Source: Octopus vulgaris
Lineage: Eukaryota
DNA length: 64,000 nt
Reading direction: 5' to 3'
NCBI GenBank assembly: GCA_951406725.2
Contig: OX597826.1
Location: 13,020,001 to 13,084,000, forward strand
Positions within the stretch are counted from its first letter, which is position 1. Each line of letters begins with the position of its first letter. The notes beneath the pieces are model-generated. The model saw only the letters and a list, made by a program, of their open reading frames with translations. It ran no database searches and had not been told where the DNA came from. Both the position numbers and the translations under genes were made by a program. Below are positions 12,372-25,000 of this stretch, one piece after another.

Positions 12372-15351
12372 ATGTGTGTGTATATGTTTGTGTGTCTGTG
12401 TTTGTCCCCCCAACATTGCTTGACAACTGATGCTGGTATGTATACGTTCCTGTAACTTAGCGGTTTGGCAAGAGACCGATAGAATAAGTACTAGGCTTAC
12501 AAAGAATAAGTTCTGGGGTCGATTTGCTCGACCAAAGGCAGTGCTCCAGCATGGCCGCAGTCAAATGACTGAAACAAGTAAAAGAGTAACCAATCAATTG
12601 ATATAATAAGGGATCCCCCAAATAACTCACCCTCTAAAAATTCAGACAACCACCTTATAAATAATAACCCCCACCCCATATTATAGGCAGGCACAGATAA
12701 TCTTACTAATCTATATGGCTGCAGAGATAAAAATACTTGTGAATTCTTAAATAAATGTAAAACTAAAAACGCAATCTACCAACGTGTTGTACTCTCTAAT
12801 AATTACAAGAAAATTTACAATTGGAGCAACTAAAAATGAAATGAAACTTAGATGTAATTCCCATCACACAAGTTTCAGAAATAAAAGTAAAGCGAACTCT
12901 ACCAGACTAAGTAGTTACATCTGGGAACTCAAGGACAATAACATTAATTATAGATTAGAATGGCATATCCTAGCCAAAACATCTTCATATAACCTTAATA
13001 AAAATCGCTGTAACTTATGCATAAATGAGAAATCCTTCATTTTAATGGCCAAATCAGAATTACTTAATAAACGAGACAAGAAAAATAATGTTTGCATAAA
13101 GATAAATTCTTATTCTCTAAATACTGCTAATAGATTGACACTAGTATATAACTGGTTATTTTTATAACTTAATAGGTGAAGAATGGCATAAAACGAAATC
13201 AATCTTTATAGAGTTTGAACTTAGAATGCAGAAAGATGGAATCATTTATCGTATGATATTTAGCCCAATGCAATATTCTCTCAGTCATTTAAAAATGATA
13301 TTATTTCCTGATATTAGTGTTATTAAATCCTTTTTATTAAAGCAGGTATAGCCAATAAAACTGAAAGCACTAGCATACTATTGCATCTTTTATGGATACC
13401 ATATGGCGGTGCCCCAGCATGGCCACAGCTCAAGAGCTGAAACTGGAAAACATAAACATAAACATTAACCAGAGAGACCGAAGCAAAAATGACAGGAGCC
13501 CAAAACATCCAAAAACTAAATTAGGGATTAAACATCATGAGTTTTACTCTTGTGGTATACTGAACTTATAACCCTAAATTCAGGACCCCTAATAACTTAT
13601 ATTAGTTGCATATGATACAGTAACTTCTTAAATATGTTGAAAGCTTAAGCTGCTACTACAACTACTACTGTGGAGGCGCGCGGCTTAGTGGTTAGAGTGT
13701 CAGCAACATGACCGTAAGATTGTGGTTTCGATTCCTGGACTGGGCAACGCGTTGTCTTCTTGAGCAAAACACTTCATTTCACGTTGCTCCAGTCCACTCA
13801 GCTGGCAAAAATGTGTAACGCTGCAATGGACTGGCGTCCAGTCCAGCTGGGGAACACATACGCCATGGAAACCAGGAAACCGGACCCATGAGCCTGGCTT
13901 AGGCTTTAAAAAGGGCACATTTATTTTTTATTTTACAACTACTACTGCTGCTATTACTACTACTACTACAAGACAACAAGGAAACAGTTATGTAAGAATC
14001 TTAGACTCTAAAAACTTTATCATGTAATTATAGATAAGATGAAATGGTTACAGCTAGAATAATCTCATCACAGGTAAGTTTGCTCAGAGCAGACATGAAG
14101 CAAAACATGACTACCACTATGACCACCACTACTGCTGCTACCATTATTATTTCTCACCCCTGCCACCACCACCACCACCACAACTGCTATAAACAGTAAC
14201 CTTTTTCTCCCTAGTCTTCGTTACATTTCACAAAGATTACAAGCTTTAAAACAACAAAAGTACCCTGGACATATCAATATTATCAATTCTTAAAACAAAA
14301 AACAGCCTGATAAAAAACCACTAAAATCTTGCAGTCGAGAGATAACAGTTGCAATTAATTGCATTTAAACACCATTTGGATGTTTGCAGAACAGCTTAGT
14401 CTTAACATGCTTAAGTCAAAGAACCACACTTGAGACTGTTAGAGTTCAAAGTCTAATACTTTACTTTTACCAGTTAGATAACGTCTGTAGTCATTGGCAA
14501 GATTGAGTTTTTTATAAAGTTTCTGGATTGTGCAAGTCTGAACAGAATTAAAAATTCACTGTGACGTTTTTAAAAAATATATTTTATCAAGGGTACATCC
14601 TGATGTCATACTGAAGTGACATCTATTCTATTATAAAGAAAGCCGTTTATTAATTAGTTAGGAGCATGTACTTTTTACTTTTAAAAAAAAGCGATTAAGA
14701 GTGGCTCTGTGGTAAGTAGCTTGTTTACCAACCACATGGTTCTGGGTTCAGTCCCACTGCGTGGCACCTTGGGCAAGTGTCTTCTACTATAGCCTCGGGC
14801 CGACCAAAGCCTTGTGAGTGGATTTTGGTAGATGGAAACTGAAAGAAGCCCGTCGTATATATATATATGTGTGTGTGTGTATGTTCCATGCTGCATCACA
14901 GAATTTTGTCAGTGAACAGGTTGCAGTCTCAAAGTGGCGAAAATATTTTGACAAATTAAATCTAAATGTTGAAGTGAATCTAACGGATTTTTGTATGTTT
15001 CTTAAATGGCTTATAAACACCCTCCATGCTGCAATTGTTTCCATTCCAGCACACGATCTTAGATCAAGTCACTTGCTATGCAAGTACATCTCCGTAATAT
15101 TTTTATTCTAGATTTCAATTATGCTGTTAACCATGCTGGGGCCACATAAAAAGCACCCAGTACACTCTGTAAAATGACTGGCAAATAGGAAGGGCATCCA
15201 GCCATAGAAATCATGCCAAAACAGGCAACTAGAGCCTGGTTCAGATCTCCGGTTTGGCAGCTTCATGTCAGCAAGGAAAATGGACATTAAATGATGATGA
15301 TGATTAACTGAAACAGAAAACTAAACTCAAACTAAACTCATTTAACTTAAA

Positions 15352-15397
<46 letters not shown>

Positions 15398-16039
15398 CTA
15401 TATATAAACGGCAGTTTGTCTGTCTGTGTGTCTGTCAGGTTGTACCCTCACGCTGACCACGGCTTTCTATCGATTCTGATGAAACTTGACACACACATAG
15501 CCCAATATCATAATTCAAAACTAACGCAGCGAAAGTTTTGGAAAGTTCCCCAAGTTCTGAAAAAAGTCGATAAATTCGACATGGGGGTCGAGAATCTAAG
15601 CTTTTCATATGCAACACATTTTCTGTTGTAGTTTTCGCAACTTGCAATTGATTTTCACCAAACTCATGGCGAAGCTTAATGTTACCCTAAGAAACTTAAT
15701 TCTGACATTAGTTTTCCATGCAATACCTTACCATGAGAAAAAAATCGATAAAATCATGCCATTTTGGGAAATCGCGTTCAAATTCAAGATGACATATTTT
15801 CGACAATATCTTTCACAAATTGGCAGGAATTTTTTTTTTAATTCACAGCGAGCATCATGTCTGCTCCAAGGAGCTATATGGCCCTTTTTATTCCAATAGG
15901 ATACTTTATTATTGGAAAAAAATCAGTTAATTAAATCATATGTGGCACACATAGCAAACCGATTTGTGTATTAAACACAAGCCACAGACTGTCTAGGGGA
16001 CGCCTTGCATACCCGGGCAACGTCGGGCTTTGCTGCTAG

Positions 16040-16070
<31 letters not shown>

Positions 16071-19000
16071 AATAAGCAACAAGGATATCCAAGGTAGTGT
16101 AGTACAATCGTTTCATGCTACTTCATTTTATTAAACACTGTAAGTATTACATCAGTTTTAAAATGTCAAGCAATCTTCAGCCATATATAGATTTTGTACT
16201 ACACTACCTTGGATATCCTTGTTGCTTATTTTGATAATAATCACCCCATTTGATTTATATGGATAATACCATACAAAATTCTGGCACCTTTAACTCAAGT
16301 ACCATATTCATCTGAATCTAAATTTTACTGAATATATATATATACAATAAAGGGAATAAGAAACCAAACTGACCTCTTCCTCACTCTCGCTCTCACTGTC
16401 ATGAGTTGGGTCAATACTCAAAAAGAACTTCAAGGCGGCTACCATTATCTGCAAAAAGAAATACCAAAGTAAACTATATATATATATATAATGATAAACC
16501 ATGTGTGAGAAAGTATATTAAAGTAAATGTTTTGTCTGTGAAATGTTTGTAGGCACAGGGATGGCTGCATGGTGAAGAAGCTTGCTTTGTAACCATGTGG
16601 TGTCAGGTTCAGTCCCACTGTGCAGCACTTTGGACAAGTATCTTCTGCTATAACCTGAGTGAATCTGGTAGATGGAAAAAGTGGTACAGCCGAGGGCATC
16701 CAGCCATAGAAATCATACCAAAATAGGCAACTAGAGTCTGGTTCAGCTCTCTGGTTTGTCAGCTACTGTCGAATTCGTCAAGCCATATCACACACACACA
16801 CGTCATATTTTGACATGTGTGTGTGTGTCTTTGTGGTTGTTCCCTGCCACTGTTTGACAACCAGTGATGGTTTGTTTACATCCTCATAGTTTAACAATTC
16901 AGCAAAAGAGGCTGATAGAATAAGAATCAAATACAGAATACTGGGGTTCAATTTGTTTGAATAAACTCTTCTGGGTAGTGCCCCAACATGGCCATGGTGC
17001 AATACATAAGTAAAAAAAAATTAAAATTCCAGTTACATCGTGTTAAGCATGTGAGAAATAAATTTCACTTCTTCATAGGATGCTGAACTGTCAAAGACAA
17101 TATTTCGGTGCACCTTTGGGAGATCATTTCAGGTTACTTTTTAAATTATTTTGTACATCATTAGCATTGTAAATATATATATATTTTAAATTCTTACTAT
17201 TTTTGAGACTCCCTTTGGTCATGATTGATCGTGGGATTGCACCTAGAAAGTTACCCACCCAGGCACAAGTCCAGGTAAGGTTCTTTATCGAAGACCAGCC
17301 GTCACCCATGTATACCGGCCTCCCCTCTCTACGCCACTGATATTATTCAAGGGAAAGGCAAAGGGGCCGATACAGCTTGGCACCTGTGACGTCGCAACTC
17401 ATTTCTAAAGTTGAGTTAACTGGAGCAATGTGAAATAAAGTGTCTTGCTCAAGAACAAAACAAGCAGCCCAGTCCGGGATTCGAACTCACACCCTCACGA
17501 TCGTAGGCTCGACGCTCTAACCACTGAGCCATGCTCCTTCACATTTTATTTTAATAATAGGAAAACCATATAATAATTAAAATAAGCGCATAGATCACTC
17601 ACCAAAGTAAATTTGCTCACGTAGGTCACTAACACAGTAGCGCTAACCCAAAGTAAACTAAAAAGTAACCTGAAGTAATCTCCCTTTAAATTGTAGCTCA
17701 GATGGCGCACTCTGTACCAGCTGTAGAAGCCATGCCAAAACAGACATGGAGCATGGGCAGCTCTTCAGCTGGCCAACTCTTGTCAAACCTATTTCTTTAC
17801 TACCCACAAGGGGCTAAACACAGAGGGAACAAACAAAGACAGACAAACAGATTAAGTCGATTACATCAACCCCAGTGTGCAACTGGTACTTATTTTATCG
17901 ACCCCAAAAGGATGAGAAGTGGCACGTTTCTTTTTCTTGAGAAATTATGTGAATTTAGTGCTGGTCTCTTGTAAAAATGTAACTGCCTTTGTCTCGTTGA
18001 TCACATTGTAATAAAAAATCTTTAGCGAAAATCTTACAGGTTTTTTAGAAACTGAAAAGCACTCCCTTATAGCTCACTTGCCAAAGGAGCACCCAATATT
18101 CCTTAATGATCTGATGGTTAATTCCATCAGAAAGAAATGGTAAAGGAACTTGGTTACCGATATACTGAACGGCAATTCGTAAGTAACCAGCTCTGCTAAA
18201 TTAGACCTTTGTAAACCCAGCAGAACATAGGAGAAAAAGAAAAAAAAAGTATTTAATTAGAAATATTTGTGATGAGTTAAGGTCAACCATTAGATTAATG
18301 AGGAGACATACACTCAGTATGGTGGTTGGCATTAGGACGGTAAAGCCTGACGCAGTTCTCTTACTTGCCAGCTCTGGTCAAACCGTCCAACCCATGCCAG
18401 CTTGGAAAACGGACGTTAAATGATGATGATGACGATGAAAGTAATTATTCTCTGATCACTACTCTGGCAATAATACAGAAATCTAGGATCTTTTCGGTTT
18501 GAACGGCAGTTTTTAACATAATTTCTAGGTAACTAAAAAATGTTAAACTTCGTATACTGGTAGAATGTGTTTATAAAACATCTTTTTCTCTTGGTTTTAT
18601 TGAGAAAATTCTATGGTTTGTAAGATATTTGCTGTTTTTTTCTTCAATTTCTGCAATTTCAACCAATCACTGACGTCAATTGAGGTAAAAAAAACATTCT
18701 GTGCCGTATGAATATGTCCCTCGTTTAAGAAACACATTGGGTTTATTTACATTTGTGAAGAAAAAATATACCCTTCCCCCACCCCTAACACCGATTGAAA
18801 TGCAATAGATCGATACTAGGGTCATAATTATGGGTGACAATTTCATATGACACCGCTAGAAAAAACTGCCGTTCAAACCGAAAAGGTCGGAAAATATTTT
18901 TAAGTGGGTAACGCTATTAACATTATTGTTGACCTATATATTTGAATGTCTAGAAACTTCAATGAAAACAGTTTTCGTGTAAATAATTTTTACATCTATG

Positions 19001-22000
19001 TCAGAGTTTATACATGTACACAAATCTGAATGGCTGCAGATCTGGATTTGAAATAGCAAGTATTGTGCAGTCCGGGAGCTGAAATGCCTGTTTCGCTCGG
19101 GAGAAGTGTTAAAAAAAATTTGTATACCATTTGTATTCTAGAATTTAATGAGTTACTTCCCTTTACGCAAGGGAAATAACTCTGACACATCACAATCACT
19201 TTTAGTAACAGGTTATCTAAAACATTTCCCATAAGGAGGAAGTTAGAATTAAAGAGGGGGGAAATGTTGTCTAATAGAGGAGACCTTTTTCCAGAAAGAA
19301 TTTCACTTTGAATACTTTTTTTTTTCTTTCAATTAAAATTGTTTCAAATTTATGTACAAGGATAGCAATTTTAGCAGAAGAGAGATGACCAGTAGATTTA
19401 GCCATCCCAGTATTTGACTGATTCTATATCTTATCATTCCTGAAAGGATCAAAGTTGGATTTGAACTTCTAATGGAAACAGCTGGAAGAAATGCTCTTTT
19501 GTTTATTATTCTTCTATCTATATTTTGTGATTTTTAAGAAATCGAAATCAAAATCAAAGTGAAATTCGATGATGGGCACGAGCACCATACGAGCGTGATC
19601 GTTGACAGAGAGGCTAACCGGCTTCCGTACCGGTGGCACATTAAAGGCACCATTTGAGTGTGATCGTTACCAGCTTCGCCGTACTGGCACTTGTGCCCCG
19701 TGATAGCAGGGTGCTAAGAGCACCATCCGAGCGTGATCGTTGCCAGAGTGGCTAACTGGCTTCCATGCCAGTGACATGTAGGAGGCACCATTCGAGCCGG
19801 ATCGTTACCAGCATCGCCTTACTGGCACGTGTAAAAACATTCGAGCAAGGTCGTTGCTAGTACCACCTGCCTGGTGGTGGCATGTAAAAGTAGCCACTAC
19901 ACTCTCAGAGTGGTTGGCATTAGGAAGGGTATCCAGCTGTAGAAACTCAGCCAGATCAAGACTGGAGCCTGGTGCAGCCATCTGGTTCACCAATCCTCAG
20001 TCAAACTGTCCAACCTATGCTAAACGGATGTTAAACGATGATGATGATGATGATACACAACAGAAACCTATTTGAGCATTTACAAGATATTTAAAAAAAA
20101 AAAAAAAGTTTATTTGCAAGAAACAGGTATCATTTACTTGGTATGGTAATTTTAGAAACATTGGTGCTACACGAAGGGGAACATTACAGATTTACAGATG
20201 GGGGTACACAATATCCTTTACGAATCTTATTCTTTTACTGTTTTGTTCCACAGCATAAACGTTGCATTGTCCTGTTGGATATGCCATCTCAGTAGGAGGA
20301 ATATCCAAAGGAAACAAACATGATCGAGATATTTTGACGGTCTTCCAGCCTTTGGATGTGGAATATGTAGGAGGTACTTAACTGTTTGCTCAATAAATTG
20401 CAATCTAAACTGCAGAGAGGTCAGAGGTGGAAGGACATTCTTAGGAGAATGAATCCTGTTATATGCTTATTCAATGCCAAAGCACCAGCATAGAGTATGG
20501 ACAATTCCAACAAAGATCAATATAAAATGCCAGAGGATCCAATAGATGGAGAATTATAAGGAGGATTTATGTTGGGTACGATGTCTTGATGAGGTGATGA
20601 TCAAAGGACCTTACGTGAAGCAGAGAGAGGGTTTAAAGAAATCTTTTAGAGTAAAGCTCAAACAACAATGAGGAATACAATAGAGTATGAAAGTTATTTC
20701 TTACATAAGCAGCGTATGATTCCCTCCCCAAAACTTGCTGGCTTTGTGCCAAAATTTGAAACCTTTATCATCATCACCATCACCATTCACCATCTCATCA
20801 TTATTGTTGAGTGAGAGAACAGTGCATGCCATCGAAGTGACACTGGGGTAAAATATACGAAGCCCAGTATACCCATCATGACTACCCGTCTGATAAAGGT
20901 ACACCAGGCACATGCATCACAACCATATGTGCACGACATGGTGATCTCATATCAAGACAAACAGCGCATGACCTTACAAGTGGGGCCCAGTTAGAATTTT
21001 CTGCTGGTGAAGTAGCCCATCCCACTCAAAAGGTCCCTGACTAAGGGTTGTTTAAGGATGTTGAACGAAACACCATATTTCCAGAGGTTAATTATCCAAA
21101 CCCCAAAGAATTCCTCTCAACACATGGCTATGATGCTCCCCCACTACTTCTGCTTGTGATCAGAGATGCACACATCGTCAGCCACTAAGGGACATACTCA
21201 ACTGGTTACGGTCAAACAACTGACGAGCAAATCTGTGGTATTGAGCAGAATATTTGCTGTAGCCCATCTTTTATACCAAGACAAAACAATGTACATGATA
21301 ACACTTCCATTAAAAAGCACCAACCGATTGTGGCCGCTGCCAGCCTCCCCTGGCACCTGTGCCAGTGGCACATAAAAAGCACCCACTACACTCGCGAAGT
21401 GGTTGGCGTTAGGAAGGGCATCCAGCTGTAGAAACACTGCCAGATCAGACTGGAGCCTGGTGCAGCCTCCTGGCTTCCCAGACCCCAGTCAAACCATCCA
21501 ACCCATGCTAGCATGGAAAACGGACGTTAAACGATGACGATGATGATGAAATGATTTCATTTTTATTCTTGTGTATCTCTGGTGAAGTTGCAATCACTAC
21601 TGAAAAAGGGGGTTAAGTTTAAGGCAATACAATTTTCCCCTATTATCTTTACCCAAGACACAAATAGTTACAGACTAGACTATACCTGTAGTCAAACAAC
21701 CTACTGACCACTGATCTGCAATGGTTTTATTCAATACAAACTCACCTGAGCTGGTTAACCGCAAGACCAACAGAAATATATATACATACATATATATATA
21801 TATATACTTTATTTAAAAGCAACAGAAATATAACTGTAGCTGTTACTCGGAGTTTCACCTTCCTGTTCGGCGGACAGTTTTGTTAAAAAAAAAAAATTGT
21901 CCAACGAACAGGAACGTGAAACTCTGAGTAACAGCTACAGTTATATTTCTGCTGCTTTTAAATAAAGCATATTACTCTACCTCTGGTATTTGAGTACTCT

Positions 22001-22036
22001 TTTTTCCACCTTGTTTCACATTTATGTGTCTACTCC

Positions 22037-22092
<56 letters not shown>

Positions 22093-25000
22093 ACTAATGA
22101 CAATTACAAAATAACAGAGGTGTCAGTTACCTTGGTTACTTTTGAGAAACATGCTGTGCTGATAACATTGACTGTTTTGGCATCTTTCCATGTGTTTCTT
22201 CGATACAGCTCAATCATAACATCCTGCAAAACAAGAATCAAATATTAACTGACTTGAGTGTAGACATGTATTTAGTATAGAATCCAAACAGAACACAGCA
22301 GATACTAAAGAAAGATGAGAAGTACCGTCAGAGAAGTAGCTCTTGTAATTACAACGGAATAGACAGAAAATGGATATAGTTTGCAGATGTTTAATCAAGT
22401 GTCAAAAAAGACAAAAATTGCATGTAAACTGCATGCAGCAGCTAATGTATTTCCCAATACCATTGCTAAAAATATTTATTTAAGCTTGCATTTTTGAAAG
22501 TAAAATATTTCTTATTTAAAAAAAAAACCCCAAAAAGATGATTATCTATTTAAAAGTTATTTTGCAAGAGAAATTTATGAAAGGAGATATGTAACTCTCC
22601 TATGAGAATAGTTAATCAAAATGAAACCAGCTCAATGTAAAGATGTATTATGATGTTAAATATGGAATCTTTGACATAGGAAATCATAGGTGAACAAGAG
22701 TGCTGCTCATTCATCATCATCGTTTAGCGTCCGTTCTCCATGCTAGCATGGGTTGGACGGTTCGACCGGGATCTGGGAAGCCAGAAGGCTGCACCAGGCT
22801 CCAGTCTGATCTGGCAGTGTTTCTACAGCTGGATGCCCCTCCAAACGCCAACCACCCCGTGAGTGTAGTGGGTGCTTTTTATGTGACACTGGCACAGGGG
22901 CCAGGTGAGGCTGGCAATGGCCATGATTGGATTAGTGCTTTTTAATGTGCCACCGACACGGAAGCCAGTCAAGCTGGCATATTAGAGAGAAATATGCTTA
23001 ATTACACTGAGAAGAAAAGAGACTAATAGATATGAATAAGAAGGATGGTGTGGAATTCCAAGTTTAGTTATGAATTAGAAAACAACATGACCTAAAGACT
23101 GATGAGGATTTATGATGGATAAACCTATCAACCCAGTAATTTTAATGCATTACTTTTGATATAGGAAGCGTGCTTCAGGTAGGAAAAAAATACATTTTTT
23201 AGAAAAAGCAAACAGATTTCAAAAGGTTTTAAGAGAGAGAAAAATTCTTATAAACCTACCAGAGACTTTTTAGCTGCAATTGCATTGCTGTCCTTCAACA
23301 TGTCATACATGAAATTTTGCAAAGTCTGAGGAGAAAATAATAATATAAATTCTATTAGAGTTTTTTAAATTCTTTGTATATATATGTACAGCAAATGCTG
23401 AGTTAACCCTTTAGTGTTCAGATTACTCTGTTAAATGTAATACTTTTTCACTCAAATTGTTTTGAATTAATCATGCATTATGTTATAGCTTTGAGGTTTC
23501 AATGATGTGATTGTCTATTTTTAGAATGTCAATGTAGGTTAGGTGTAAGAGGCTGAATATGGCCAGTTTGAATATAAAACATGTAGAATATATGGGCCAG
23601 ATATGACCGGTTTAAACACTAAAGGGTTAAACATGCAATTGAAAGACATAGGCACAAAAGTAAAATACTTAATGTTTCCGGTTACTTCTCTCAATCATAT
23701 TTATGTTTCACTTAGCACTGAAAGGGCCCCTTATCATAATAGTGATCCTTCTCTCCCTCTTGCTAAGTAGACCCTCTTTCTCTTAAGTGTTATTCTGTGT
23801 ATAATCAATTGGATGAGATATGATACTATATGGAACGATTATCAATCGTAAAATCTGGACTACTCACTATAAATCTCTCAGCTATTACAACCCAAATCAT
23901 AATGATTAATGACTAATGATTATTTTCATTATGCTGAAAATATATTCGATTGGCTTCAGTGAGTTACTACCATATATTTTACCTTTTTCAAAAAGATGGT
24001 GAATAAAAGTAAGACTTGTAAATGTCAGCTATGCAGCAGTTCTTTACCCACAAAGAAAAACAATAATCTCTAACACACTAAAAATAATGGTTTCTTGAAC
24101 AAATAATATTCCTTAAGGATATAATACTGAATGGTATCCATGCATTTCTTTAAACATTAGCAACACAAAAGACACGAAATTCCAGTTACAACCGGGAATC
24201 AATAATACATTCACAGACTGAATCCCTGAAAACTTCACAACTTTGTAACACCCTCAACTTGATAACTAAAACATCAATACTATTTTTTTACTTAGAGCCA
24301 AGTGACTAATTAACTCTTTCGTTACCAACCCAGCTGAAACCGGCTCTGGCTCTTTAGTATAAACTAGCACTATGTGCTAGTGCATGCATATACAGCTGCA
24401 TGCGTGCACATATACATGCGAGTACTCTCCAAATCGCCAACCAATCACATACAGCTAGCTGGCATTCAATTGGCGTATCAAGTTTTGGGCATTTTGATTG
24501 GGTTTTGGATAGAAAATTTACAAAAAACGACACTTCTATTGATTTTTTAATGGCTTTGTGGGGTGACTGGGGAGCAAGACCACCCTTGGACGGTTTTGTA
24601 TGACCATAGAAAGTGCGAGCCATCTAACTGAAAAATTGTGGATTTGTATAAAGGACACACATACACACATAGACAGACATTTTGCCGTTTATATATAGAG
24701 AGATGTCTTGTTTTCATAAGTTTTGAATTCAAATCTTCCACCAAATCTTAGTCACAATTCATGTTCCTAACACTAGCTGAATGATAACGTTATTTTACTA
24801 AATTCTTTGTTATATTTAAAATAATTGGAAGAAACACAGAACATCTCAAAATAAATACAGTAATGAAAGGGTTTTAAGAGAAGGAAAAGACACAGTTGAC
24901 AGTTTTACTTACCCTGTTCAATTTGCCATTTTTATGTTTGGCATTTACATTGTAGATATCTGATACAACATATGAATAAAGGGTTTGTCGAAGAAGTTTG

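Noticed and set aside
18131-18178. Plus-strand cag...GTAAGT 48-nt pseudo-exon ([16 protein letters not shown]), hinting at a nested antisense gene
   Set aside because: No partner exons, start codon context or recognisable homology nearby.
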